Below are positions 41,274 to 52,700 of a stretch of 58,598 nt of DNA, piece after piece. The translations under genes and the position numbers were made by a program. Under the pieces are notes generated by a model. The model saw only the letters and a list, made by a program, of their open reading frames with translations, searched no databases and had not been told where the DNA came from. The stretch covers positions 1 to 58,598 of the forward strand of contig CAZTQB010000001.1 of assembly GCA_964615775.1 (NCBI GenBank). Reading direction: 5' to 3'. The first letter of the stretch is position 1; each line of letters opens with the position of its first letter. This DNA is from an uncultured Candidatus Saccharibacteria bacterium. GTDB lineage: Bacteria > Patescibacteriota > Saccharimonadia > Saccharimonadales > 2-12-FULL-41-12.

Positions 41274-43235
41274 ATGAGCAAGTTTAGATTAAAGGCAGAA
41301 TATAAGCCTACCGGTGATCAGCCGGCAGCAATTGAGGCGTTATCGGCAGGGGTAAAAAGTGGCAAAAAGGAACAAACTTTATTGGGTGTGACAGGCTCTG
41401 GCAAGACCTTTACGATGGCTAATATTATTCAAAATACCGGCAAGACTACACTTGTGCTGTGTCATAATAAGACTTTGGCAGCTCAGTTATATTCCGAGTT
41501 TCAACAATTTTTTCCCGATAACGCAGTGCATTATTTTGTAAGTTATTTTGATTACTATCAGCCAGAAGCTTATATCGCTCGGAGTGATACGTATATAGAA
41601 AAAGATTCCCAAATCAATGAAGAGATTGATAGATTAAGACATGCTGCAACTGCTTCGCTGCTTAGTCGCAAGGACGTAATAATTGTAGCCAGTGTTAGTT
41701 GTATTTACGGTATTGGTTCAGTGGAAGATTATGATAATATGGCTGTTCGCTTGAAAGTTGGCGAAAAACGAAAACGTGACAAGTTTATTAGACACTTAAC
41801 AGACATTCAGTATCATCGTAATGATCTTGACTTTGCCCGTGGCACTTTTAGGGTGCGAGGTGATGTAGTGGATGTTTTGCCTGCTGGCGAGGAACTAGGT
41901 TATCGGGTTGACTTTTTTGGTGATGAAATTGAACGAATTATTCAGATTGATCCATTAACGGGAGAAATTCTTAAAAAACTTGATAGTCTATCTATCTACC
42001 CAAGTAGTCACTACGTGACACCGCAAGACAAACTTAAAGTTGCACTTGGCAAGATCCGCGATGAACTAGATAATAGGCTGAAGTTTTTTAAGAAAAATAA
42101 TTTGCTTTTAGAGGCTCAAAGGATAGAACAACGGACTAATTTTGATCTTGAGATGTTAGAAGAAACTGGTTTTGTGAAGGGTATAGAGAACTATAGTCGT
42201 TATTTAACTAACCGTGAGCCAGGCGAACAGCCAGCTACTTTATTAGATTATTTCCCAGATGACTATCTACTACTGATTGATGAGTCGCATATGACGATTC
42301 CACAGGTTAGAGGTATGTATAACGGTGATCGATCTCGTAAAGAGGTGTTAGTTGAACATGGTTTTCGCTTGCCGTCGGCACTCGACAATCGCCCGTTAAA
42401 TTTTCAGGAGTTTGAGCGACATGTAAATCAGATAATTTATGTTTCGGCTACACCTGCAGATTATGAGCTGAGCCGTGGTGGTGAGCCAGTGCAGCAGATT
42501 ATCAGACCGACTGGCTTACTTGATCCACCGATTGAAATACGCCCAGTTGACGGTCAAGTTGATGATCTTATCAAAGAGATTCGTGGCACTACCGCCAAAA
42601 ACCAACGAGTGTTAGTTACAACTCTTACAAAACGTATGAGTGAAGACCTAACTGAGTATTTGCAGGATTTAAATATAAAGGTTGCCTACTTGCATAGTGA
42701 AGTTGACACTCTAGAGAGGACTGATATTTTGCGTGATCTAAGGCTTGGAGTTTATGATGTGTTGGTCGGTATAAATTTACTACGAGAAGGTTTGGATTTG
42801 CCGGAAGTTAGCTTGGTCGCAATTCTTGATGCCGACAAAGAAGGCTTTTTACGTAGTGAGCAGGCACTAATTCAAACTGTTGGTCGAGCAGCTCGACATG
42901 AAAAAGGCAGAGTAATAATGTACGCCAATAACGTGACGGGTAGTATGCAACGAACAATTGATGAGACCAATCGCCGTCGTGAAATCCAAGAAGCATATAA
43001 CAAGCATCATAATATTACTCCAAAAGGTGTGTCGAAAGTAATCTCAAAGGGTATTCGGCCAGACATGCCCGAGTCAGCCAAACCGAAACTGGATCTTAAA
43101 AAAGTACCAAAAGACGAATACAAACATCTTGTTCGTGATCTGACTCGCCAGATGGAACTAGCCTCAGCTAACCTCGAGTTTGAAAAAGCAGCCGAACTCA
43201 GAGACATAATAGCTGAAATTAAATCTAAAATGTAA
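41274..43235 (+). CDS. uvrB: Excinuclease ABC subunit B
   Basis: [25 protein letters not shown] and C-terminal UVR domain. Confidence 0.98.
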   Translation: MSKFRLKAEYKPTGDQPAAIEALSAGVKSGKKEQTLLGVTGSGKTFTMANIIQNTGKTTLVLCHNKTLAAQLYSEFQQFFPDNAVHYFVSYFDYYQPEAYIARSDTYIEKDSQINEEIDRLRHAATASLLSRKDVIIVASVSCIYGIGSVEDYDNMAVRLKVGEKRKRDKFIRHLTDIQYHRNDLDFARGTFRVRGDVVDVLPAGEELGYRVDFFGDEIERIIQIDPLTGEILKKLDSLSIYPSSHYVTPQDKLKVALGKIRDELDNRLKFFKKNNLLLEAQRIEQRTNFDLEMLEETGFVKGIENYSRYLTNREPGEQPATLLDYFPDDYLLLIDESHMTIPQVRGMYNGDRSRKEVLVEHGFRLPSALDNRPLNFQEFERHVNQIIYVSATPADYELSRGGEPVQQIIRPTGLLDPPIEIRPVDGQVDDLIKEIRGTTAKNQRVLVTTLTKRMSEDLTEYLQDLNIKVAYLHSEVDTLERTDILRDLRLGVYDVLVGINLLREGLDLPEVSLVAILDADKEGFLRSEQALIQTVGRAARHEKGRVIMYANNVTGSMQRTIDETNRRREIQEAYNKHHNITPKGVSKVISKGIRPDMPESAKPKLDLKKVPKDEYKHLVRDLTRQMELASANLEFEKAAELRDIIAEIKSKM

Positions 43236-43296
43236 CAATTTTTTAATTAGTTTATTTTGCTTATGTTATAATTTTAGTAAATCTGGAGGGAGATTT

Positions 43297-44421
43297 ATGA
43301 AATCTAAAAATAGTTTTATATATAAGCTTAAAAATACAAGTTTTGGACAAAGTAATTTTTATATATTTGAATACGCTTTGATGCTGGGTTCATTGAGCCT
43401 GTTGCTTGGTGTTATTTTAAACATGATAAAGAGTTTTTGTGGTTTAGAAATCAATATTTGGTCATTTTATAACCACAATTTTGATACTGAAGCTACCTTG
43501 TTAGGGCTTTTCGCGGTCAGCTTACCAATTTTTGTAATATTTTTACAACGTACCGCTGAAGCTGAACATAATAACCCATTTTTACTGAAGAACTTTTTTA
43601 GAAAAGCTTTACTTGGTGCATTTTTGGGTGTTTTAACGATTGTATCCATTTTCAATGCTGTTGCATTGCTTAATTCGCTACTTAATTTCTTTAGTATTGA
43701 TATATTATCCGGCAATGGAAATGACTATAAAGAGTCGATTTATTACTTATTGTCGGCTATCTTACTAACTTTTACAGCTTGGGCATTTACTGATAGTTAT
43801 TCAACCAAGAAGACTAGACGATCATTGGTTATGCATAACTACCTTCATGTTTTACTGATCGCTTCACTAGTTACAGCTTTGGCCTTCATTATCTTTCCAT
43901 TTAGTCAGAGTAGGTTAACCAAAATTGATATGTATGTGAGTGAAGATTTGACAAATATTAGTAGTAAAATAAACGATTATTACATCAAGAACCAAAAAAT
44001 GCCAGAAGGTCTAAATTCTGTAGATTTAACCACTGGCCAAAATTTACGAGCCAATAACTACAAATACAGCTATGAACTTAAATCAGGTACCGCTTATAGG
44101 TTATGTGCAGATTTCTTGGCAAAATCTGATAGAAATTTCCGCGATCACTTTGTGCCAATGTCAGAAGCTGGTGATACGGTCTTTCGGGGTAGTTCTCCTA
44201 GTATCGTAAATATCGGCCAAAATGACAACCCGTATATTCATGAAAAAGGTAAGCAATGCTTCGACATGATGGTAAGTAGTTTGGCTGAGCCGCAATCAAT
44301 TCCTGCCAGTGGTGAGAGTGAAGGTTCGACAGAGGGAGGCATGGTTAGTGAAGGCCAAGTAAACGGTAACACAAATGAATCTGCTAATACCTCAGACTCT
44401 TCTGATACAACAGTATACTAG
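43297..44421 (+). CDS. DUF5671-like membrane protein
   Basis: Multiple TMs, then DL..I...I..YY.....P..L and Y.LCA.F periplasmic domain. Confidence 0.6.
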   Translation: MKSKNSFIYKLKNTSFGQSNFYIFEYALMLGSLSLLLGVILNMIKSFCGLEINIWSFYNHNFDTEATLLGLFAVSLPIFVIFLQRTAEAEHNNPFLLKNFFRKALLGAFLGVLTIVSIFNAVALLNSLLNFFSIDILSGNGNDYKESIYYLLSAILLTFTAWAFTDSYSTKKTRRSLVMHNYLHVLLIASLVTALAFIIFPFSQSRLTKIDMYVSEDLTNISSKINDYYIKNQKMPEGLNSVDLTTGQNLRANNYKYSYELKSGTAYRLCADFLAKSDRNFRDHFVPMSEAGDTVFRGSSPSIVNIGQNDNPYIHEKGKQCFDMMVSSLAEPQSIPASGESEGSTEGGMVSEGQVNGNTNESANTSDSSDTTVY

Positions 44422-44472
44422 TGCAGACCAATGGTTTTTTGACTAAACTAATCGTGTTATAATTTTGATAAT

Positions 44473-44763
44473 ATGTCGGTAGTATCTAAACAAGACGTCT
44501 TAAAATTGGCAAAATTATCTCAATTTGATCTAGATGATGTTCAGCTTGCAAAATTTCAGAATGAACTTGAAGAAATTGTCGAATACGTAAAAAAGCTAGA
44601 TGAAGTTGATGTAGGAGGTTTGGAGCCAAGCTATCAAGTTACTGGACTACATTCGATTATGGGAGATGACGAAATTTGTATTAATATTTCGCCTGAACAT
44701 CTGCTAAAAAATGCTCCAGAGGTAAAAGATAATCAGATTGTTGTAAAGCGAGTTTTAAACTAA
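44473..44763 (+). CDS. gatC: Asp/Glu-tRNA amidotransferase subunit C
   Basis: V.KLAKL.Q..L and L.NAP; precedes gatA. Confidence 0.92.
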   Translation: MSVVSKQDVLKLAKLSQFDLDDVQLAKFQNELEEIVEYVKKLDEVDVGGLEPSYQVTGLHSIMGDDEICINISPEHLLKNAPEVKDNQIVVKRVLN

Positions 44764-46223
44764 TGTCAGTTGACGATTTTTATTCGGTCAAATCTGGTTG
44801 GGCAACGGTTTTTGATATCGCTGAAGCAGTAAAATCTGGTAAGGTTTCGGCTGGTGATTTGGCTGAAAAAGCACTTGAGTTAATCGACCAACACAAAGAG
44901 TATAAGTCGATTATCGCAACAACAGAGCAAAGGGCTAGAGATCGAGCTAAGGCCATAGACGAAAAAGTAAAAAAAGGCGAGATTGTGGGCAGGTTAGCTG
45001 GTGTGCCATTTGTAGCAAAAGATAATTTTTTGGTATTTGGTGCAGACAGCACTGCTGCTAGCAATATATTAAAAGGCTTCGATTCACCTTATCAAGCAAC
45101 AGCGATTGAGAAACTAGAGGCTGAAGGAGCAATTTGTGTCGCAAAGGCTAACCTAGATGCGTTTGCTCATGGTTCTAGTACTGAAAATAGTGACTTTTTC
45201 ACAACATTAAACCCTAATGATAAAACTCGTGTTCCCGGTGGTAGCTCAGGTGGATCGGCTGCTGCTGTTGCACTCAATCTAGTACCGTTTTCGTTAGGCA
45301 CTGATACCGGTGGCTCGATTCGTTTGCCAGCTAGTTATTGTGGTGTGATTGGCTATAAGCCAACTTATGGTCTGGTTTCGAGAAGTGGTGTAGTCGCTAT
45401 GGCCAGTAGCTTGGATGTGGTCGGGCCAATCACTAAAACAGTTGCTGATGCTTCGCTAGTGCTAGATGTAATGAGCGGTAAAGATGGCCTAGACTCTACG
45501 ATGATTGATCGGGACTCAGAAGCTTATAGTGAGCTGAAAAATGTTGATTTTTCTAAACTAAGAATTGGTGTTATTAGCGAGTTTATGGACCAAAATTTGG
45601 ATCCAAAAATTAAACAAGTTATAGATTCTGCAGTGAGTTTTTGTCAGGAGCAAGGTGCAAAAATTGAGCAAGTCAGCTTACCCAGTGTTAACTATGGTCT
45701 AGCTGTTTATTATATTGTTTGTCCGGCAGAAATTAGCAGTAACTTGAGTCGATATGATGGACAACGATATGGGTTTTATGATCAAGCGGCTAAAACTTTA
45801 GAAGAGTCGTATGGCGGTAGTCGTTCGAAAGGTTTTGGCGACGAGGCTAAACGACGAATTATGATAGGGACCTATGTGCTGAGTAGCGGTTATTATGATG
45901 CGTATTATCAAAAAGCTCAGCTAGTCCGTACAAAAATAATTAATGAATTTAATAAAGCGTTCGATAAGTATGACTTTTTGATTGGTCCGACGGCACCAAA
46001 TGTGGCATTTAAAATTGGTGAAAATGTTGGCGATCCATTACAAATGTACCTGACAGATATAATGACCGTGTCGGCTAATCTAGTCGGCGTACCGTCAATT
46101 AGTTTACCGGCTGGCGAAGTAAGTAATCTGCCGGTTGGAGTGCAGATAATGGCTCCTCAAACGTCAGATAAAAAATTGTTAGATTTTGCTAATGAACTTT
46201 ATGTACGGAGAGGTAAACGATGA
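44763..46223 (+). CDS. gatA: Asp/Glu-tRNA amidotransferase subunit A
   Basis: KDNF, GGSSGGS, GTDTGGSIR and RRIM.G.Y.LS.GYYDAYY. Confidence 0.97.
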   Translation: MSVDDFYSVKSGWATVFDIAEAVKSGKVSAGDLAEKALELIDQHKEYKSIIATTEQRARDRAKAIDEKVKKGEIVGRLAGVPFVAKDNFLVFGADSTAASNILKGFDSPYQATAIEKLEAEGAICVAKANLDAFAHGSSTENSDFFTTLNPNDKTRVPGGSSGGSAAAVALNLVPFSLGTDTGGSIRLPASYCGVIGYKPTYGLVSRSGVVAMASSLDVVGPITKTVADASLVLDVMSGKDGLDSTMIDRDSEAYSELKNVDFSKLRIGVISEFMDQNLDPKIKQVIDSAVSFCQEQGAKIEQVSLPSVNYGLAVYYIVCPAEISSNLSRYDGQRYGFYDQAAKTLEESYGGSRSKGFGDEAKRRIMIGTYVLSSGYYDAYYQKAQLVRTKIINEFNKAFDKYDFLIGPTAPNVAFKIGENVGDPLQMYLTDIMTVSANLVGVPSISLPAGEVSNLPVGVQIMAPQTSDKKLLDFANELYVRRGKR

Positions 46224-46642
46224 GTCTAAGTCCTGAGAGGATTGCTTTTTATATATTTGTATTATTTTTGGTTTTAATAGCCGTGGTAGTGATACGTAAA
46301 GTTATGCCAAAGAAAGTTAAGCATGATAAGTATGTTGATAAATGGAAAAACCTACAGTCAAAATTAATAGACAAAAATAAATGGGGTGAAGCTGTTGTTG
46401 AAGCCGATGATTTATTGGTCGAGGCTCTTAAAAATAAAAAAATTAAAGGTTCTTCGGCTGGCGAGCGAATGGTATCTGCTCAAAAGATTTTTAGCAATAA
46501 TGACGGTGTTTGGTTTGGCCATAAATTACGACGGAGAATAGACCTTCATCCTGATGTAAAGCTCAAAAAAGAAGATGTTAAAAAAGCTTTAGTAGGGATT
46601 GCACAAGGACTAAAAGACTTAGGAGTGCTGAAGAAAAAATGA
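46220..46642 (+). CDS. Hypothetical membrane-anchored protein inside the gat operon
   Basis: N-terminal TM; overlaps both the gatA stop and the gatB start. Confidence 0.75.
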   Translation: MSLSPERIAFYIFVLFLVLIAVVVIRKVMPKKVKHDKYVDKWKNLQSKLIDKNKWGEAVVEADDLLVEALKNKKIKGSSAGERMVSAQKIFSNNDGVWFGHKLRRRIDLHPDVKLKKEDVKKALVGIAQGLKDLGVLKKK

Positions 46643-48075
46643 GTGACTATAAACCAACAATTGGTATTGAGTGCCATGTTCAGCTTAAGACAAAGACAAA
46701 GCTTTTTGCTAGAGTTGGTAATGACGCTCGTGAAGCTCCCTCCAATAGTCTGATTAGCCACATTTGTCTAGGAATGCCCGGGGCTTTACCATACTTAAAT
46801 ATGCGAGCGATAGAATTGGCTATCCTGGCCGCCGCAGCACTTAAAACTCGAGCATCGAATTTTAGTGCGTTTGATAGAAAACACTACTTTTATCCAGATC
46901 TGCCAAAAGGTTATCAGATTTCACAGTTATATAAACCGATAATTTTAGGTGGTGAAGTAAAAATAAATGTTGATGGTAAACAAAAGGTGATTGCTATAAC
47001 CAGAGCTCACTTAGAAGAAGATGCTGGCAAAAGCACTCACCCAGACGGCAAAAATTATAGTTTGGTTGATCTAAACCGAGCTGGTACACCGCTACTAGAA
47101 ATTGTCAGTGAGCCACAAATTAACTCTGCTAGTGAAGCAAAAGCATATGCTAGAGAGTTGTATTTGCTAATGAAATATGCCGGTGTATCGGAAGCAGATT
47201 TGTACTATGGCAATATGAGGTTTGATGTTAATGTGAGTGTTAGTAAAGATAAAAATTTGGGCAAACGGACCGAGACAAAAAACCTTAATTCTTTTAGGTC
47301 GGTTGAAAAAGCTGTCGATTATGAAGTAAAACGCCAGGTTGCTTTACTTGAAAAAGGTCAACAGATTGTGCAGGAAACACGTGGTTGGGACGATGCTAAG
47401 CAAAAAACATTTTCGCAAAGATCAAAGGAAGATGCCCACGATTATCGCTACATGCCGGACCCAGATATTCCACCAGTTGTGCTAGAAGATTCATATATTG
47501 ACGAAATTCTAAAAACTGCCGCTAAACCAGTCGACGAAATTAGGACCAGTCTAGAGACAGTCAACATTAATGACGAATTGATCGAGACTATTTTAGATAA
47601 TTACGAGATTTGCCATATGGCTACTAAGCTAATTAATATGTCTGATGACAAAAGATGCTCTCAGGTTGCGGTGCAATGGCTGGGACAATTAGCTCCAAAA
47701 ATAGCTAGCGACAACAACGTAAGTCCTAGTGAACTTAAGCTAGATAGTGTTCAAATTATTAAATTATCTAAAATGTTTGTTAGTGGCAAAATTAGCTCTA
47801 CGCAAAGTAAAATAATCTTAGAAAAAATTTTGTTAGAAGGTGTCGATCCAGAAGAATACGCACAGAGTAACGATATGTTGCAGGTCTCGGATAGTAATGA
47901 ATTAATCGAAATTGTTAAGAAGGTTCTAGCTGATAATAACAAGGCTGCCGATGATATAAAAAATGGCGAAATGAAAGCAATTGGATTTTTGGTTGGACAG
48001 GTTATGAAAGAGTCAAAAGGCAAAGCCAATCCTGGTTTAGCACAGAAACTAATAAAAGAACAATTGGGGGTATAA
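46639..48075 (+). CDS. gatB: Asp/Glu-tRNA amidotransferase subunit B
   Basis: IGIECHVQL, RK.YFYPDLPKGYQISQ and NRAGTPLLEIV. Confidence 0.97.
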   Translation: MSDYKPTIGIECHVQLKTKTKLFARVGNDAREAPSNSLISHICLGMPGALPYLNMRAIELAILAAAALKTRASNFSAFDRKHYFYPDLPKGYQISQLYKPIILGGEVKINVDGKQKVIAITRAHLEEDAGKSTHPDGKNYSLVDLNRAGTPLLEIVSEPQINSASEAKAYARELYLLMKYAGVSEADLYYGNMRFDVNVSVSKDKNLGKRTETKNLNSFRSVEKAVDYEVKRQVALLEKGQQIVQETRGWDDAKQKTFSQRSKEDAHDYRYMPDPDIPPVVLEDSYIDEILKTAAKPVDEIRTSLETVNINDELIETILDNYEICHMATKLINMSDDKRCSQVAVQWLGQLAPKIASDNNVSPSELKLDSVQIIKLSKMFVSGKISSTQSKIILEKILLEGVDPEEYAQSNDMLQVSDSNELIEIVKKVLADNNKAADDIKNGEMKAIGFLVGQVMKESKGKANPGLAQKLIKEQLGV

Positions 48076-48077
48076 AA

Positions 48078-48965
48078 ATGCAAACGAAAAAAGTTCGAAA
48101 AGCAGTAATTGCGGCAGCTGGGTTTGGAACAAGATTTTTGCCACAAACCAAAGCAATGCCCAAAGAAATGTTACCTCTAGTTGATAAGCCAATTATTCAA
48201 CAGATTGTTGAGGAGCTAGCTGCTTCGGGGATTGAAGATATAATAATCGTAACTGGTTATCATAAGCGATCGATTGAGGATCATTTTGACCACATAAGTG
48301 CCGAGTTAAGACAAAATCTGCGTGCTAGCGGTAAAGATGAATTGCTTGAAAAAACCAAAAAAATATCTAATTTAGCCAATTTTATTTACATTCGCCAAAA
48401 GGGCTTACTTGGCAATGCTACACCATTACTTAATAGCGAGCATCTAATAGGTGACGAACCTTTTATCTACACGTTTGCTGATGATTTTTTTGTAGCCGAT
48501 CCACCAAGGTTTAAGCAAATGATTGATTTGCACATGCAAACCAGCAGTAACGTAATTAGTTGCGTGGAGCTAAAGCATGACGAAGACTTTGCTCGTTACG
48601 GCGTAGTTGGTGGCGAAGAGACTAGCGAGCGAGTAATTAAGATGAATGATATTGTTGAAAAGCCAGGCAAAGAAAACGCACCATCAAATATGGGTAGCGT
48701 TAGCTCGTATTTATTTAACCCAGATATTTTTGAATATCTAAAAACTGCCGAGTCTAAAGTTGAACCAGGTAGTGAATTTATGATTCAGCCAGCTATGAAG
48801 CAGATGATCGATGATAATCACGAATATTTAGCTCTAAAAATTGATGGTGTTTGGTATGATACTGGTGATAAGCTTGAGTATATTAAAACACTACTTGCAA
48901 TGGCTATGAAACGAGATGATATCAAAGATGAACTCAATGACTATATGAAGGCTATGATACAATAA
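48078..48965 (+). CDS. galU: UTP-glucose-1-phosphate uridylyltransferase
   Basis: AAGFGTRFLP.TKAMPKEMLPLVDKP. Confidence 0.93.
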   Translation: MQTKKVRKAVIAAAGFGTRFLPQTKAMPKEMLPLVDKPIIQQIVEELAASGIEDIIIVTGYHKRSIEDHFDHISAELRQNLRASGKDELLEKTKKISNLANFIYIRQKGLLGNATPLLNSEHLIGDEPFIYTFADDFFVADPPRFKQMIDLHMQTSSNVISCVELKHDEDFARYGVVGGEETSERVIKMNDIVEKPGKENAPSNMGSVSSYLFNPDIFEYLKTAESKVEPGSEFMIQPAMKQMIDDNHEYLALKIDGVWYDTGDKLEYIKTLLAMAMKRDDIKDELNDYMKAMIQ

Positions 48966-48969
48966 TATT

Positions 48970-49233
48970 ATGAATAATATTTGGTTTGAGGTTCTGGTTA
49001 TAACACTCTCGGCTATTTTAGCTATTTTTTTAATTATCGGAATTTTTATCTTATTAAAAATATATCAAGTTATAAAGATTGTGAAGCGTATTACTGAAAA
49101 AGCCGACAATGTAGCTGATAAAGCTGAGCATGTTGCTATGTTTTTCGAAAAAACCGCTACGCCAGTTGCATTAGTCAAGCTAGTTTCTAATATTACAAAT
49201 ACATTTTCAAAGAAGAAAGGCAAGAGGAGTTAA
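48970..49233 (+). CDS. Small membrane protein
   Basis: N-terminal TM plus amphipathic helix; upstream of a YtxH gene. Confidence 0.7.
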   Translation: MNNIWFEVLVITLSAILAIFLIIGIFILLKIYQVIKIVKRITEKADNVADKAEHVAMFFEKTATPVALVKLVSNITNTFSKKKGKRS

Positions 49234-49238
49234 CAGCA

Positions 49239-49634
49239 ATGAATAAAAGAGGTTCAATTTTTACTGGTGTAGTTTTGGCGGTTGGTGGTTATTTGGCAGG
49301 GCTTCTAACAGCTCCCAAAAGTGGCAAGGAAACACGTCGTGATTTAGCAAAAAAAGCAAATTCTGCCAAAATTGAAACTGAGAAAAAACTAAAAGTCGTC
49401 TACTCCGAGATTCAGTCACTAATTAGCGATGCTGAAGCAAAAGGGCAAAAATTAAAAGATCGAGCTAAAGAAGAACTTGACGACTCTGTAAAAAAGGCTA
49501 AAATAGCCCGTGACAAAGCCAAAGAAGTTCTAAGTGCTGTCAGGCAAGGTGATACTGAGGACGAAAATCTACTGGCGGCTCTTGATGACCTTAAGTTAGC
49601 TAAGCAAAATTTAGTAAAATATCTAAAGAAGTAA
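49239..49634 (+). CDS. YtxH-domain protein
   Basis: GLL.APKSGKETR. Confidence 0.9.
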   Translation: MNKRGSIFTGVVLAVGGYLAGLLTAPKSGKETRRDLAKKANSAKIETEKKLKVVYSEIQSLISDAEAKGQKLKDRAKEELDDSVKKAKIARDKAKEVLSAVRQGDTEDENLLAALDDLKLAKQNLVKYLKK

Positions 49635-49731
49635 AGAGTAAGCGTTTACTAAAAACTAGTAGTTTTTCCAATAACTATAGTATGACTTAGGCCAACCCTA
49701 ACGCTCTAAAAAGTGCTATAATTATTAGTAA

Positions 49732-52700
49732 ATGGAGAACCAAAAAAATAAAAAAAAGGTTACTAAAGCCGCATTAAAGCAGGCGGATTATGTGCATCTG
49801 CACAATCACACGCAGTATAGTTTGCTTGATGGATTGACCAAAATTCCGGCCTTGATAGATAGGGTTAAGGAGTTCGGCATGGAGGCAATTGCCATGACTG
49901 ACCATGGTACATTATCTGGTGCAATTGAATTTTATAAAACTGCAAAAGACGGCGACATTAAACCGATTATTGGTATGGAAGGTTATGTTGCTAAGCGAAA
50001 ACATACCGACAAAGAAGCCTCCAAAGATAAGCAGATATATCACCTTATATTATTAGCAATGAACAACACTGGCTATCAGAATTTGATGCGGCTTAGTACG
50101 ATTGCAAACTTAGATGGTTTTTATTATAAACCACGAATCGATCATGAGCTTTTAGAGAAATATAATGAAGGACTGGTTATACTGTCTGGCTGCATGAACG
50201 GCGAAGTAGCTGATTTTTTAAATCAAAATCAGTACAGCGAGGCTAAAAAAGTTGCTCAATGGTACAAATCGGTATTTGGCGATCGATATTATATTGAAAT
50301 TCAAGATCATGGACACCCCAAGCATCCAAGTGTCTGGAGTCAACAAACCAAAGTCAATGACCTTGCTTTTAAGTTAGCTGAAGAATTAGATATAAAAACT
50401 GTTATAACCGGAGATGCTCACTACCTAAATCACGAAGATCAAGAAGCTCACGAGATTTTACTGTGTGTTCAGACAGGGTCGTTTTTGTCAGACGAAAAAC
50501 GTATGAGTTTGAAGGATTTTGAGCTACATGTCGCTGATCCGAAAGAGGTGATAGAGCGTTGGGGTAAACAACACCCAGAGTCAATATTAAACACCAAAGA
50601 AATTGCTGATCGTTGTAATGTCGACATCAAATTAGGTGAAATTTTAATACCAAAATTTCCAGTACCAAAGGGCCACACTGAAGAGAGCTATTTAAATGAA
50701 CAAGTTTATAGAGGCCTTGCGTGGCGTTATGGTGGGGTCGAAAAACAGGAGTCAGAAAAATTATCAATTGCGGCAGCAAAAAAGTTGATTCCTAAAGAAT
50801 TTTTAACTCGAGCCGAGTATGAATTGTCGGTAATTGGTAGCATGGGCTTTAACGGGTACTTCTTGATTGTGTCTGATTTTATCAACTGGGGTAAATCTAA
50901 GGGGATTGTTTTTGGTCCGGGCAGGGGTAGTGCAGCTGGTTCAATTGTAGCTTATGCTATTCGTATTACCGAGCTTGATCCAATGGAATATGACTTACTT
51001 TTTGAGCGATTTTTAAACCCAGATCGTATTAGTATGCCAGATGTTGATATTGATATTCAAGACACTCGACGTGATGAGGTGATCCAGTATTGTGTTGAAA
51101 AATACGGTAGTGAACGGGTGGCTAATATTGTGACGTTTGGTCGCATGGCAGCTCGCAATGCAGTGCGTGATGTAGCTCGGGTTTTGCAGGTTCCGTATGC
51201 CGAAAGTGACCGTATGGCCAAGATGATTCCACCGCCGGTTCAAGGTAGGCATATTCCGCTTGAAAAATCATTAAAAAATAATCTGGATTTAAAATCCGAA
51301 TACGAAAGTTCGACTCAGTCTAAGCAGGTTTTTGATCTAGCAATACGCATAGAAGGTACGATTCGCTCTCATGGTGTACATGCCGCTGGAGTGGTGATTG
51401 CACCTGATGAAATCGTTAAATTTACACCGTTAGAAATGGCTCAAAAAGGCGTAATCTCGACTCAGTATTCAATGGGGCCAATTGAAGACCTAGGACTTCT
51501 AAAAATGGATTTCTTGGGTTTGTCGAACCTGACGATTGTCAAAAATACACTTAGAATTGTAAGAAAAGTTCATGGATTAGATGTCGATGTTAGTAATTTG
51601 CCGCTAGACGATAAAAAAACCTATGAGTTGTTGCAAAAAGGTGACACCACAGGCGTATTTCAGTTTGAGTCGGCCGGTATGAAACGCTATTTAAAAGACC
51701 TAAAGCCAACTGTTTTTGGCGATATTGTGGCAATGGGTGCATTGTATCGACCAGGTCCTCTGAGTGCTGGCCTAACAGACAGTTTTATTCGCAGAAAAAA
51801 TGGTCAAGAAAAAGTTAGTTATGATCATCCAAAGATGAAGGAAGCACTGAAAGACACGTATGGTGTTTTGGTTTATCAAGAACAGTTCATGCAGATTTCG
51901 CGCGAAGTTTGTGGATTTAGTGGTGGTGAGGCCGATACGTTGCGTAAAGCAATTGGTAAGAAAAAACGCGATATCATGCTAAAAATGGAAAAACGATTTG
52001 TTGAGGGTGCAGTCGAGAACGGCATTGATCGTCAGTTAATCGAACAATTTTGGAGCAAATTAATGGGATTTGCTGACTATTGTTTTAATAAATCGCATTC
52101 AGCCTGTTATGGTATGATCTCTTACTGGACAGCCTATCTAAAAGCTCACTATCCAGCAGCTTTTATGGCAGCACTAATGACTAGCGACTTCGATGACATC
52201 GATCGTCTAGCGATTGAAATATCGGAGTGTCGCCATATGGGGATTACGGTCTTGTCTCCCGATGTAAATGAGTCATTTTTAGAGTTTGCAGTTATAAATA
52301 ACGATAAAAGTAACGCACCACCAAAAATTCGTTTTGGCATGAATGCAGTAAAAAACGTTGGTCGGGGAGCAGTCGAAGAGATTCTTAGAGCAAGAGAAAT
52401 TAATGGCAAGTTTGCATCACTAGAGGATTTTTTAACAAAAGTTAATGTTAGGATAGTCAACAAAAAAGCTTTGGAAAGTTTGATTAAGTCTGGTGCTATG
52501 GATAATCTAGGCAACCGCAGTGTTCTGCTGCATAATATTGAGGCTCTTTTGGCACATGCTTCTCGTCTGCAAAAAGATTTAAATAGTGGCCAAACTGACT
52601 TATTTGGTGGTAGTCAAGCCGGTGAACTATTGGCACCTCGACTTAATTTAGAGGAATCTTTGCCGCAGTTTACACTCCGCGAGCAGTTGATTTGGGAACG